DNA of 64,000 nucleotides from an uncultured Bacteroidota bacterium (GTDB lineage Bacteria; Bacteroidota; Ignavibacteria; UBA10030; UBA6906): NCBI GenBank assembly GCA_963700635.1, contig CAVOYH010000004.1, positions 480,001 to 544,000 of the forward strand, read 5' to 3'. Shown piece by piece: positions 54,938 to 64,000 of this stretch (position 1 is its first letter; each line of letters starts with the position of its first letter). The notes under the pieces were generated by a model. It saw only the letters and a program-made list of their open reading frames with translations, ran no database searches and was not told where the DNA came from. The position numbers and the translations under genes were made by a program.

Positions 54938-57193
54938 CTACACGGTGTCTCCGGCAGATGGCTCCAGAATGATAGCCCGGTACCGCTGATACAGATACGA
55001 AACGGCCAGCAGTATCAACCCGAGGGCCATAAAAGAGAATATGCGGTAGAGCGTTTCGAGAAACGACAGATCGTAGATGAATATCTTCAGGATCGTAAAG
55101 CCGAAGAGAGCCATTGCCAGGAGCCGCAGCATGCGCATCCGTCGCCAGATCCCGAAGACCATCAGGCAGATGGAAAATGTGAGCCAGAGTCCGGAAAGGG
55201 ATATCTGTTTCAGATTCTCCAACCGTTTCCCTTCGGCGGAAACATCCGGGAGCCCCATCCCCGCGCTTATTCCCAGAATAGCCTTCTCGAAGATATCTCG
55301 TATCTCGCCGGTAAACAGAACAAGCAGGAGAAGGACTCCGATAATCTGCATGGCTTCGCGGATCTCCGGGATCCAGGCTGACCGGCCGACAGTGCGTCCG
55401 AGCCGGCGGACGACAAGGAACATGACCACCACCGTGAGAACAAGCGCAAGAACTCTGATGTTAAAGACGGGGATAAATTCCGCAAGAGGGGCAAAAGCGA
55501 TTCCGCGAATTCCCGTGAGGCAGGCCGCGATCAGCACTACCGAAATTCCGGAGAAGATGACAGGCCGCGTGTACGGGCGGGTACCCGCACCCGCGAGTGC
55601 GAGCGCATAGAGGGACCAGACGCCGGCCATGACCATGAACCGGTTAAAACCGAGTGCATCCTTATTCAGCCCGCCCGCATTGACCATCCACGAACGGAAC
55701 AGGTCATTGGTTTCCACCGTAAGAAGTACGAACAAGAGAAAAACCCACCCATAGTGAAGCAATTCCACCAGTCCCGTGATCGACGTGCCCACAACGTCGC
55801 GAAGGAAGATCACACATGCTCCGAGTGACAGGGCGAGGAAGATGTATGCAAGGGTACGTTGGTTCAGGAGAAGCTGGAATCCTTCGAGAGGTGATGCGAC
55901 CAGCGACCCTTCCAGGCTCAACAGTGTAATCACTGTAACCCCGAAAAGCAGAAGTCCCGCGACCCAGAGATACCGCCGCTGGTAACGGGTTCCTGCCCAG
56001 ACAAGCACAACCGCCTCAACTGTCCAGAATATCACGATGGTAAAACTCTCAAACTCGATGGCGATCGCAAACAGAAGGAACGCCGCGGCTGTCAGCGAAT
56101 ATTGAATCAATGCGCCGTAGGCACCCGGGCGGCGGCGTTCAACCGGAATTGTCGACACGGCGTACAGCGCTGAAGCAACCGCCGCAGCCAGTCCCATCTG
56201 CGCGTGAAAGTGGGGTTCAAGGAGGATGGAAAGAGCGATCCAGAAAAGGCCTGCATGAAACCAGGCCACGACGCGTCGCAGCGCAGTATCACCTGCGATT
56301 CCGCGGGCACCTCTGAACATGTCAAATCCGTGAAAGATGGCCCAGAATAGAACGAGAAAGATGAGCGTGAGAAGTGTATCAGGCCGGGTGTAATACACAT
56401 CGAACCAGGAGAAGTACAGGATGAATGTTCCTGCAAGCAACATGGGTTCAAGGACGAACCAGGAATGTTTCCTGAGCAGCACCAAGAGCACGCCGATATC
56501 CAGCACAGCGACATAGGTAAAGAGCTCGGCTGGATTGGATTCTCCGGTACTCAACATGAAGGGCGTGAGAAACCCACCCACACACGCCAGGACCGACACG
56601 GCAAGGGAATCGTACCGGAGCGCCTCAAAGAAGGCGATCACCGTGACGGCAGCCATGAGCACGAAAGCTACCGGTTGTGAAACAAGCTGATAGTAGTTGA
56701 AACAGGCGTAGACTGACAGATAGAGGATTGCGATTCCCGCTCCGGCGATACCCTGGGAAAATATCTGAAATCCCTTCTTTTGTGTTCTCCTCGCCCCGAT
56801 CAGGCAGAGGAACCCTATGACGGCGCCGGTCAGAACCCTGGTGGTTTCACTTATCCAATTGTTGTCGAATGCATATTTCAGAAAAAACCCCACGCCAATA
56901 ATGAGCGCAAGGGCTCCTATCCGGTTCAGGAGTTTTCCCCCGATTAACGCCTCCCATTCTTCCCTGGTGCGTGATGGCGCCGGCGGAACGGATGTGGCCG
57001 TCGGAACGGCTTGTGGCATCTGCGTCGCAGTGACAGGCAACTGTTTGGGCTCTTGCGCTCCGGCCGACCTTCGCTCGAGTACCTTGAGTCTGGCCTCCAA
57101 CTCACCGTACTTCGAAGAAAGGTAAAAAGATCTCGCGGTGATAATGATGAGAAGGACTGAAGCCAACAGCACCAGGAGGCCGAGAGCATCCAT
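54938..57193 (-). CDS. DUF2339 family polytopic membrane protein
   Basis: WEALIGGKLLNRIG..FFLKYA; C-terminal KIFIYDL..L...RIFSF..LG.ILL..SYLY. Confidence 0.88.
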   Translation of the reverse strand: MDALGLLVLLASVLLIIITARSFYLSSKYGELEARLKVLERRSAGAQEPKQLPVTATQMPQAVPTATSVPPAPSRTREEWEALIGGKLLNRIGALALIIGVGFFLKYAFDNNWISETTRVLTGAVIGFLCLIGARRTQKKGFQIFSQGIAGAGIAILYLSVYACFNYYQLVSQPVAFVLMAAVTVIAFFEALRYDSLAVSVLACVGGFLTPFMLSTGESNPAELFTYVAVLDIGVLLVLLRKHSWFVLEPMLLAGTFILYFSWFDVYYTRPDTLLTLIFLVLFWAIFHGFDMFRGARGIAGDTALRRVVAWFHAGLFWIALSILLEPHFHAQMGLAAAVASALYAVSTIPVERRRPGAYGALIQYSLTAAAFLLFAIAIEFESFTIVIFWTVEAVVLVWAGTRYQRRYLWVAGLLLFGVTVITLLSLEGSLVASPLEGFQLLLNQRTLAYIFLALSLGACVIFLRDVVGTSITGLVELLHYGWVFLLFVLLTVETNDLFRSWMVNAGGLNKDALGFNRFMVMAGVWSLYALALAGAGTRPYTRPVIFSGISVVLIAACLTGIRGIAFAPLAEFIPVFNIRVLALVLTVVVMFLVVRRLGRTVGRSAWIPEIREAMQIIGVLLLLVLFTGEIRDIFEKAILGISAGMGLPDVSAEGKRLENLKQISLSGLWLTFSICLMVFGIWRRMRMLRLLAMALFGFTILKIFIYDLSFLETLYRIFSFMALGLILLAVSYLYQRYRAIILEPSAGDTV

Positions 57194-57244
57194 CAGAATA
57201 CCCTTTGAATGTCTGTGAGTCGCCGTGTTCCGCCGGCTTCAGAG

Positions 57245-57806
57245 TTATTCCCTGAGCTCTCTCCTGTAATACCAATTGAGCAGGAACAGAGCTCCCGTGA
57301 ACACAAGCGGGCCGGCCATGATCAGAAACGTCGACAAGCGGGCAAATGGCGCATTCCAGGCCCACACGACGTACACAACCCCCACCAGCGGGAAGAAAAT
57401 CCCGGCTATCCACTCCCGGCGCCAGGAGATGACAAGGACGGCGAGAAGGACAAACGTCGGAATAAGATGCATCAGAAGGGCAAGAGTTGTATCCAGGAAG
57501 CCCTTTCCTTCATCAAACACGTCAAGTGCGAAACATGCTGATAAACAGGGCGAACACGATACAAAGTGCTCGCGGAGACCAGTACAGCAATTGATAGGCA
57601 GGCTTACGTCTTCCACCCTTTGCAACACCGTTGAAAATGCCCAGCACGACAGCAAAGAATCCGGCAAGCATTGCCACGATACCGGGAGGATTGTCGGAAA
57701 TCCCGATGACAAATGCAAGAACAAGAAAGATACATCCCACGGCAATAAGTATGGTTGCCGTCTTGTTGAACCTGTGTTTCTCAGGCAATCCTGAATCTGT
57801 GCTCAT
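57245..57806 (-). pseudogene. membrane protein split by one frameshift (real or sequencing error)
   Basis: Frame 1 ends YWSPRALCIVFALFISMF; frame 2 continues ALDVFDEG...; one extra base near 57531. Confidence 0.7.
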
Positions 57807-57839
57807 TGGTCTGCCTCCTTGTACTTTGGTACTGCCCGG

Positions 57840-58962
57840 CTAAAACAGATACTCCTGCAGGCGCTTGACCAGAAGTCTGTGACAGTCTTCCTTGGACCTG
57901 GGTTGCACGTTCTGGTACTCAGGTTGGTGTGAATTCTGCATGATCGACAATCACCCATTCGCCGTTGCGGTCACACACCACAAAGTGCACATACCCCTGC
58001 TCCCACCGCTCCGGATTGAATATGTAGTCCGCGTACAGAACATAGTCGGTCGTGACAGGATTCTTCCTGCAGTATACTCTAAATTCACGGGCAAGGTCCC
58101 AGAGTACCTTCATCTCGTTGGGGTCGGCTTGAGAACTTCGGAGTGACAGGGACTTCGCCGTAGGGGTTGACTTGCAGAGGTCCGCACTGCGAATCATTGA
58201 TGCGAGTTGGATGGCGCTGGTCGTGTCGGCCTCTCCACCAATCCGGATCGGGAAGACCCCCAGGGTGATCGTCTCCCTGGACTCCTTCAGCAATTTCTGG
58301 CGCTCCGGAAGCAAGGCCCGCTCGCTCTCGGGTGGCAGTCCGCTTCGCTCTTCCATCCGGCGGGCCATCCTGCCCGGCTTTGCGGCCTTCGCTGTTTCCT
58401 CATTCAGCCCAAGCACCGGGCACAATCGTTCAGACAGCAGAACGGAAAATGTCATCGGCTCTCTGGATTCCAATTGCTGCAAGGCCGTGTCCTGATCACC
58501 CAGACTTTCCATCCACACTACCTTGCCAGAGGTGTTGACAAGGATCCCGCGGAGCTCCACCAGTCCGGTCTGACGGTCTCCATTGTACTCAGCGTACAGG
58601 GCGTACTTTGTGGGTACCGGATTCTTCTTCAAGAATTCGGACAGCAGCGCCGAGAGTTGCTCCATCCCGATTCCAGCGGCCGGCACGAATGGGGTCGCGC
58701 CCACTTCAATGTTCTCCAACCCCTGTTGTTCGAGGAGAACCCCGACGACCTCCGAAACCCGGTCGTATGGCCGACCCGCCAGCAGGATGGGAAGTACAGT
58801 GAGAGATCGTACCGTCGCCCCGGACTCCATACGCTCAGGTCCTTTCTGAATTCCCCCGGGGGCGGAGGATGATTGTGGCGCTTCCTGGCCAAAGAGGGAC
58901 GGTGACACACAAAGGCAACCAGCCAGGAGAATCCCCATTACATGATTCAAGGTTGATCCCAT
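57840..58962 (-). pseudogene. secreted hypothetical protein with a probable frameshift near the C-terminus
   Basis: ORF ends WVIVDHAEFTPT; a shift near 57942 gives MQNSHQPEY...LQEYLF ending at TAG 57840, just before the next RBS. Confidence 0.55.
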
Positions 58963-59130
58963 GGTAGTTCTCCTTACTCGATGTTCATGGCGGGGATGGC
59001 CCCGCAGGCCGCAGTTCATGCCGCAATATACGGGTCCAAAAGACGATGAACATAACAGGATTCTACAGGAATCTATGAGAATTCTCGCATACAGGTGAAA
59101 ATGGCTGTTGTTTGGAGTGAGCGGATGGGT

Positions 59131-61401
59131 CTATCCATCCCGTGGTGGGGCGGGAGGCTTCCGCTTCACCTGGCTCGGGACAATGCCGAACTGGTCATGA
59201 AAGCACTTGGTAAAATACGCGGGGCTGCCGAATCCGACAGTGTAGGTGATCTCGGAAACCGTGCCCGCTTCGCGTTCCAGCAGCTCCTTCGCCCGGTGGA
59301 GGCGCATGAACCGTATCAATTGATTCGGGGACAAATCGGTGAGCGCGGTGAGTTTCCGGTGGAGCTGGCTGTAACTCATCGCACTATCCCGTGCCAGGTC
59401 TCGACGGTGTATGTTTCGTCTCCGATGGACCGTTCGATCGATGCCATGACCCTTTTCAGGAACTTCTCATCCATGGGAGTGATCGCGACTTCGGAAGGCT
59501 TCAGAAGTGTAGTACGCGCAAAACGTTCGCGCATGCGTTTGCGACCCTCGACGAGATTATGAATCCGGGCCTCCAGTTCCTTCCACTCGAAGGGCTTGGT
59601 GATGTAATCATCCGCACCGGTCTCGAGCCCGGCGATCTTTGTGTCCTGAGCGGCCATGGCTGTCAGGAAGAGAACCGGGATGTGGCTTGTGCGCTCATCG
59701 TCCTTAAGGCTCCTGCAAAGCTGGATTCCATCCATGATCTCCATGCCGATGTCACTGATCACAATGTCGGGCAGAATGTCGCGGGCAATGGAGAGTCCGA
59801 TCTCTCCATCGGAGGCTTCGAAGATCTTGTACGATCGTTTCATGTGGTCACAGAGGTAGCGCCGCATGTCAGGATCGTCTTCAACGATCAGCATCAGGGG
59901 GAGACCGGGTGTCGTCGGTTGTCCTGATCCGGGAGGGCTTCCGGGTCCGGCTATCTCGCCATAGTACTCCGGTCTGGATAGCCCGGCATCCGGGGCTGGC
60001 AACTGTTCCTCCAGGATCTCCTCTGGCTCAAAGCAACTCGGGTCGATCGGAAAATGTACCGTGAAATGAAGATCCCCTGTTTTCCTCGCTTGTGGCAGTG
60101 ATCGTTCCGTGATGAAGCTCGACGAGGCCTTTGGTAAGGGCCAGCCCGAGTCCGGACCCGGTCTGCTGGTCGGCCTCCTCAACCTGGTAGTACCGGTCGA
60201 AGAGGTGAGCGAGCTTTTCGGCGGGGATGCCTCGCCCGCTGTCAACGACGGCGAGCGAAACCCATTGCGTTGAAGCAGGCTCCGTGGTACTCCGGGCAAG
60301 TTCAACGTGTATCGATCCGTTGGCTGGAGTGAATTTGAACGCGTTCGAGAGGAGATTGTAGAGCACGGTCTCTACCTTCTCCCGGTCGAACATCCCGTGG
60401 CATTGCGGATGCTCCGGAGTTGAAAAGGAGAGAGATACGCTTCGGTTCAGCCAGCGGACCAAAGGATTCCACGATCGAGCGAACCAGCGGAACGAGGTCC
60501 CCCTCTGCGACGCGGAGCTTCATGACCTTTTCGCTTCGAGCCGGGAGAGGTCGAGAAGGTCAGTAATAAGACGGAGCAGGCGGTGTGCATTCCGCCGGAT
60601 GAGCCGGTAGTCAGCATTTGCGTCGCGGTCATGGGCGCCCGATATCAGCTGTTCGATGGGTCCGAGAATCAGGGTGAGCGGGGTTCGGAATTCGTGTGAA
60701 ATATCCGCGAAGAACCGTGATTTGAGCTCATCCAGCTTCACGCCATTTTTCTGTTTCCAATCGTGCAAGGGCGAGTTCTTCTTTCTTTCGGTTCGTTTCT
60801 TCCAGAAGCTGGGCATTGACGATGAGTTGTCCCGCCTGCGCGCTCAGAATCATCAGGAGGCGCTGATCATCGGTGTGAACGAGTGTTCGCCTTTCTTGTT
60901 CGTCATCATGAACACCCCGATGAGACGGCCCTGGTTGATGACCGGCACACAGAGCACCGACCGGATGTCCGACCGTTCCTGTCAGTCGGTCTCGAAGCGG
61001 CTGTCGGCAGCCAGATCATCAATGAGCAGGGACTCCCGGTTGTACACCACGGAGCCCGTGATATGTGCTCCCACGTGATAGCTGGGACGGAGCGAACTCC
61101 GGTCGTCCTGGCGGATGTAGGTCTTCAGGGATGCGTTGGCCTCGTCCGTGACAAGAAGAATCGAACCCTGTTCGGCGTTCACCACTTTGAGCGACATGTC
61201 AATGATCATTCCCAGCAGACCTTCGATCGAGCCAGCACCGCTGGCCTTCATGGCGATCGCGTTGAGGAGCTTGAGCTCCTCGACTGCAGCCCGGAGTCGT
61301 TGGACCTCATCGGCGGTGTTTTGCCCGGTGTGTGGGTGCGGTGATTTCACGTCTGATATGCCGGCCAATGTGGTGTTCGCACAGAGGGTTCTCGTGAGCA
61401 T
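59131..61401 (-). pseudogene. hybrid histidine kinase GAF-HisKA-HATPase-REC-AraC, fragmented
   Basis: Successive frames give GAF, ISHEFRTPL, NLLSNAFKFT, DSGRGI, GSGLGL, IVEDD..D..K.F, GFGSPAYF; about 6 frameshifts plus one in-frame TGA. Confidence 0.85.
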
Positions 61402-61442
61402 TCTGTCTGCATGGGCAGTGCCGGTGCGCTTGAAGGCAACAA

Positions 61443-63809
61443 TCAGGGGTGTCCGGTCAGTCCAATTCTTGTCATCAAGGCCCTGAAGCGCGGATCGTCT
61501 CGCAGATTGTCCATGATCGGGTCGACATTACAAAAGATCAGGTTTGTGGAGCGTTCCTGGTATGCTTTCTGGAGCCACCGGAACGTATCGTTGTACCTCT
61601 TCAGTCGGGCGCAGACCGATGCGATATGGAATGACGAGACGTATCGGGTGCGCGTGAGTTCTTCAAGCTGGCGGAGTTGCTCGGTCCAGTACCCCTGCCA
61701 TCCTGATGACCTGTACGCGGACCGGAGACGTGCTGCCGGGTTTGCGGGCCCGCCACCGATTGTTGCGAAGCTGCCTCCCGAGACGTTCGCAACGAGCAGG
61801 TATTCCTCTAACGCTTCCTCATGTTTTCCCTGCCTCTCGAATATCTCACCGAGGCCTGAATGTGCGGGAGCACAGAGTGGATCCAGTTCAAGTGCCTTCC
61901 GGAATTCTGCAATCGCCTGGTCATACCTCCGAGCGTGGATGTGAATCCATCCGGAAGAGGCAACAATGATGACGGATAACGGATCAAGCTCCTCTGCACG
62001 GCGTATTTCGCTGATCGCGGAATCGTGCCGGCCAAGCGCTGAAAAGAGCAGGGCGTACCAGTGATGCCCGGTCGCGTAGCTCGGGTTCAGCACGAGCGCA
62101 TGTTTCAGTTCCCGTTCTGCTCCGGACCAATCCCAGTCGTATATCAGGCGTGTGGCTGCCATTGAAACGTAGCCTTCCGCCATCTGCGGGTCAAGCTCAA
62201 GCGCTTTCTGTGCCGCGGGTCTCCAATAGGGTTTAATCGAATCGAACGGAACCATGCCATTGTACCAGAGAGTCGCGTAGACGTCGGCGATTCCAGCATG
62301 GGCTGGTGCATACGAAGGGTCCTTGTTCACGGCCGTGCGAAAGTAAGAGAGGCTCTTCTGAAATCCCTCCGGAGTCCACTTGTTCCAGTAGAACCGTCCA
62401 TACAGGCATGCTTGATACGCTTCCGCATCCACGGGCGACCCACCTGCCAGTCGGGCCTGTTCCTCGGGAGTCAGGACAACCTTAATCTGGCTCGCGACTG
62501 CTTGCGCCACTTTGCCCTGCAGGACATTAATATCTTCAATCTCTTCCTTGTAGTTCTCTCCCCAGATTTGTTGCTCCGGATTGGCAATGATGAGGTTGAC
62601 CGATACACGCACCGTCTGTCCCGACAGCTGGGTGGAGCCATCGATGAGAGCATCAACGTTCAGGTCGTGCGCGATATCTGAAAGCCGTTTGTCGGAATTT
62701 TTGAATCGCATCGCTGATCGGGATGAACGCACAACGAGTGTCCTGATCTTGGAGAGCTCTGTACTCAGGGTTTCCGTCATCCCTTCGGCGAATACCGTAT
62801 CTTCGAGCTGCGCAGACGTGTTCCGGAAGGGGAGAACGGCGATGGAACGGACGGTTTGACTTCCGGAATGTTGTCCGGTTATCAGAAGCACGGCGATGGC
62901 GACGCTGCAGAGCGCCGCACCGATGCCGGCAATCATGAGCCATCTCTTCCGGTTCCGGGGAGACATGCGACGGGGGGGTGTCGGAGACGCCGAAGGGCTG
63001 AGTGCACATGACTCCATATCCCGTATCAACTCATCGATCCGTTGATACCTCTGTGCGGTGTCTTTGGAGAGCGCCCGCGTGACAACTGCTGCGAGAGCCT
63101 CCGGGACGTCTGGCCGGAGATTTTGTATCGGTTCCGGTTCTGTTTCGAGAATGGCATAAAGAATTGCCGGATCATACTCGCCCATGAACGGTTGTCGTCC
63201 CGAGAGCATCTCGTAGAGCACCGTCCCCAGCGCCCAGATATCAGATCGCTGGTCAACTGTCTTGCCACGAAGCTGTTCTGGCGACATGTAGGCCGGTGTA
63301 CCCATCGTACTTCCCGCCCTGGTCAGCTTGGTGAGTCCGGCGAGCTTCGCCAGCCCGAAATCCACAATTTTTGCCACACCGTCAGAGGCGATTAATATGT
63401 TTGCCGGCTTGATGTCGCGGTGGATGATGCCATGATAGTGGGCCCTGGAGAGGCCCCGGGCAATCTGAGTGGCGTAGTTGACTGCGTCTTCGGTCGTTAG
63501 CGGACCACCTTCTATCTTCTTCTTGAGAGTCTCGCCCTGAAGATACTCCATGCTGATGAACATCTGGCCGTCATCGGCCTCGTCAATGTCGTACACAACG
63601 CAGATGTTGTTGTGTTGGAGTGTTGAGGCGGCTTTGGCTTCACGGATAAAACGTTGTTTGGCTTCGGGATCGCGGGTCAGATCGGGGGGAAGGAACTTCA
63701 GGGCGACGGGGCGGTCGAGCTTCTGGTCCAGGGCTTTATAGACAATGCCCATGCCTCCACCGCCGAGGTGCTCGAGGATTTCGTAGTGAGAGACTGTTTT
63801 GCCGATCAT
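61443..63809 (-). CDS. Ser/Thr protein kinase + TM + TolB-like + TPR repeats
   Basis: LGGGGMG, VALK, HRDIKPAN, DFG, GTPAYMSPE; SIAVLPF; TPRs; start ATG 63809. Confidence 0.92.
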   Translation of the reverse strand: MIGKTVSHYEILEHLGGGGMGIVYKALDQKLDRPVALKFLPPDLTRDPEAKQRFIREAKAASTLQHNNICVVYDIDEADDGQMFISMEYLQGETLKKKIEGGPLTTEDAVNYATQIARGLSRAHYHGIIHRDIKPANILIASDGVAKIVDFGLAKLAGLTKLTRAGSTMGTPAYMSPEQLRGKTVDQRSDIWALGTVLYEMLSGRQPFMGEYDPAILYAILETEPEPIQNLRPDVPEALAAVVTRALSKDTAQRYQRIDELIRDMESCALSPSASPTPPRRMSPRNRKRWLMIAGIGAALCSVAIAVLLITGQHSGSQTVRSIAVLPFRNTSAQLEDTVFAEGMTETLSTELSKIRTLVVRSSRSAMRFKNSDKRLSDIAHDLNVDALIDGSTQLSGQTVRVSVNLIIANPEQQIWGENYKEEIEDINVLQGKVAQAVASQIKVVLTPEEQARLAGGSPVDAEAYQACLYGRFYWNKWTPEGFQKSLSYFRTAVNKDPSYAPAHAGIADVYATLWYNGMVPFDSIKPYWRPAAQKALELDPQMAEGYVSMAATRLIYDWDWSGAERELKHALVLNPSYATGHHWYALLFSALGRHDSAISEIRRAEELDPLSVIIVASSGWIHIHARRYDQAIAEFRKALELDPLCAPAHSGLGEIFERQGKHEEALEEYLLVANVSGGSFATIGGGPANPAARLRSAYRSSGWQGYWTEQLRQLEELTRTRYVSSFHIASVCARLKRYNDTFRWLQKAYQERSTNLIFCNVDPIMDNLRDDPRFRALMTRIGLTGHP

Positions 63810-64000
63810 GGGCAGCCTGCCCGGGCGAGTGAGTGCGCGACGGTGAGTGGTGTAACCGGTACGGCGTAATGTACAGGGCGTAGAGGAGAAAATCAAACGG
63901 GCAACAGAAGGATCGGGGTCACCGATCCCTCGTTGCACCGGAATACGTATTTCCTACCTCCGGGATGGAGGATGTGAAGAGGCGGAAATGGAAGACTACG

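Noticed and set aside
60982-60984. In-frame TGA as selenocysteine or recoding
   Set aside because: It lies in a GAF loop within an indel-rich region, not at a Cys/redox position, and TGA is used as a normal stop across the window.

Overview
This is a gene-dense bacterial window. T9SS-type C-terminal sorting domains, a PorV-like barrel and Bacteroidota-type CarAB point to an Ignavibacteria/Bacteroidota-superphylum genome (inference). Bases 1-23,000 hold a divergently transcribed exopolysaccharide locus (WecB/TagA, O-antigen ligase/Wzy-like, split BY-kinase, Wzz, Wza, WecA fusion) read from two back-to-back sigma54 promoters. Its + arm also encodes a NodU/CmcH carbamoyltransferase, an SxtJ-like protein, a small DUF5989/SxtK-like protein ending in a DltX-like FIYxxF motif, carAB, three SGNH proteins and two GH18 hydrolases, which together suggest an envelope O-carbamoylation relay. 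Bases 28,500-35,600 hold a Rab-like small GTPase operon (coiled-coil protein; longin/roadblock-like-TM-BON-OmpA protein; GTPase; PAS-sigma54 activator). It is followed by a palindromic enhancer, a sigma54 promoter and apparent target genes (OmpA/TSP3, YidB). The remainder contains peptidases, T9SS cargo, a TonB-dependent receptor, a SatD-DUF3307 pair with a tandem palindromic operator, LDH, MarC, a cNMP-PhcB-like methyltransferase, DUF2339 and a Ser/Thr kinase. A frameshift-rich stretch at 57.2-61.4 kb may be assembly error. I saw no rRNA, tRNA, CRISPR array or mobile element. All family calls come from motif recognition by eye, not database searches.
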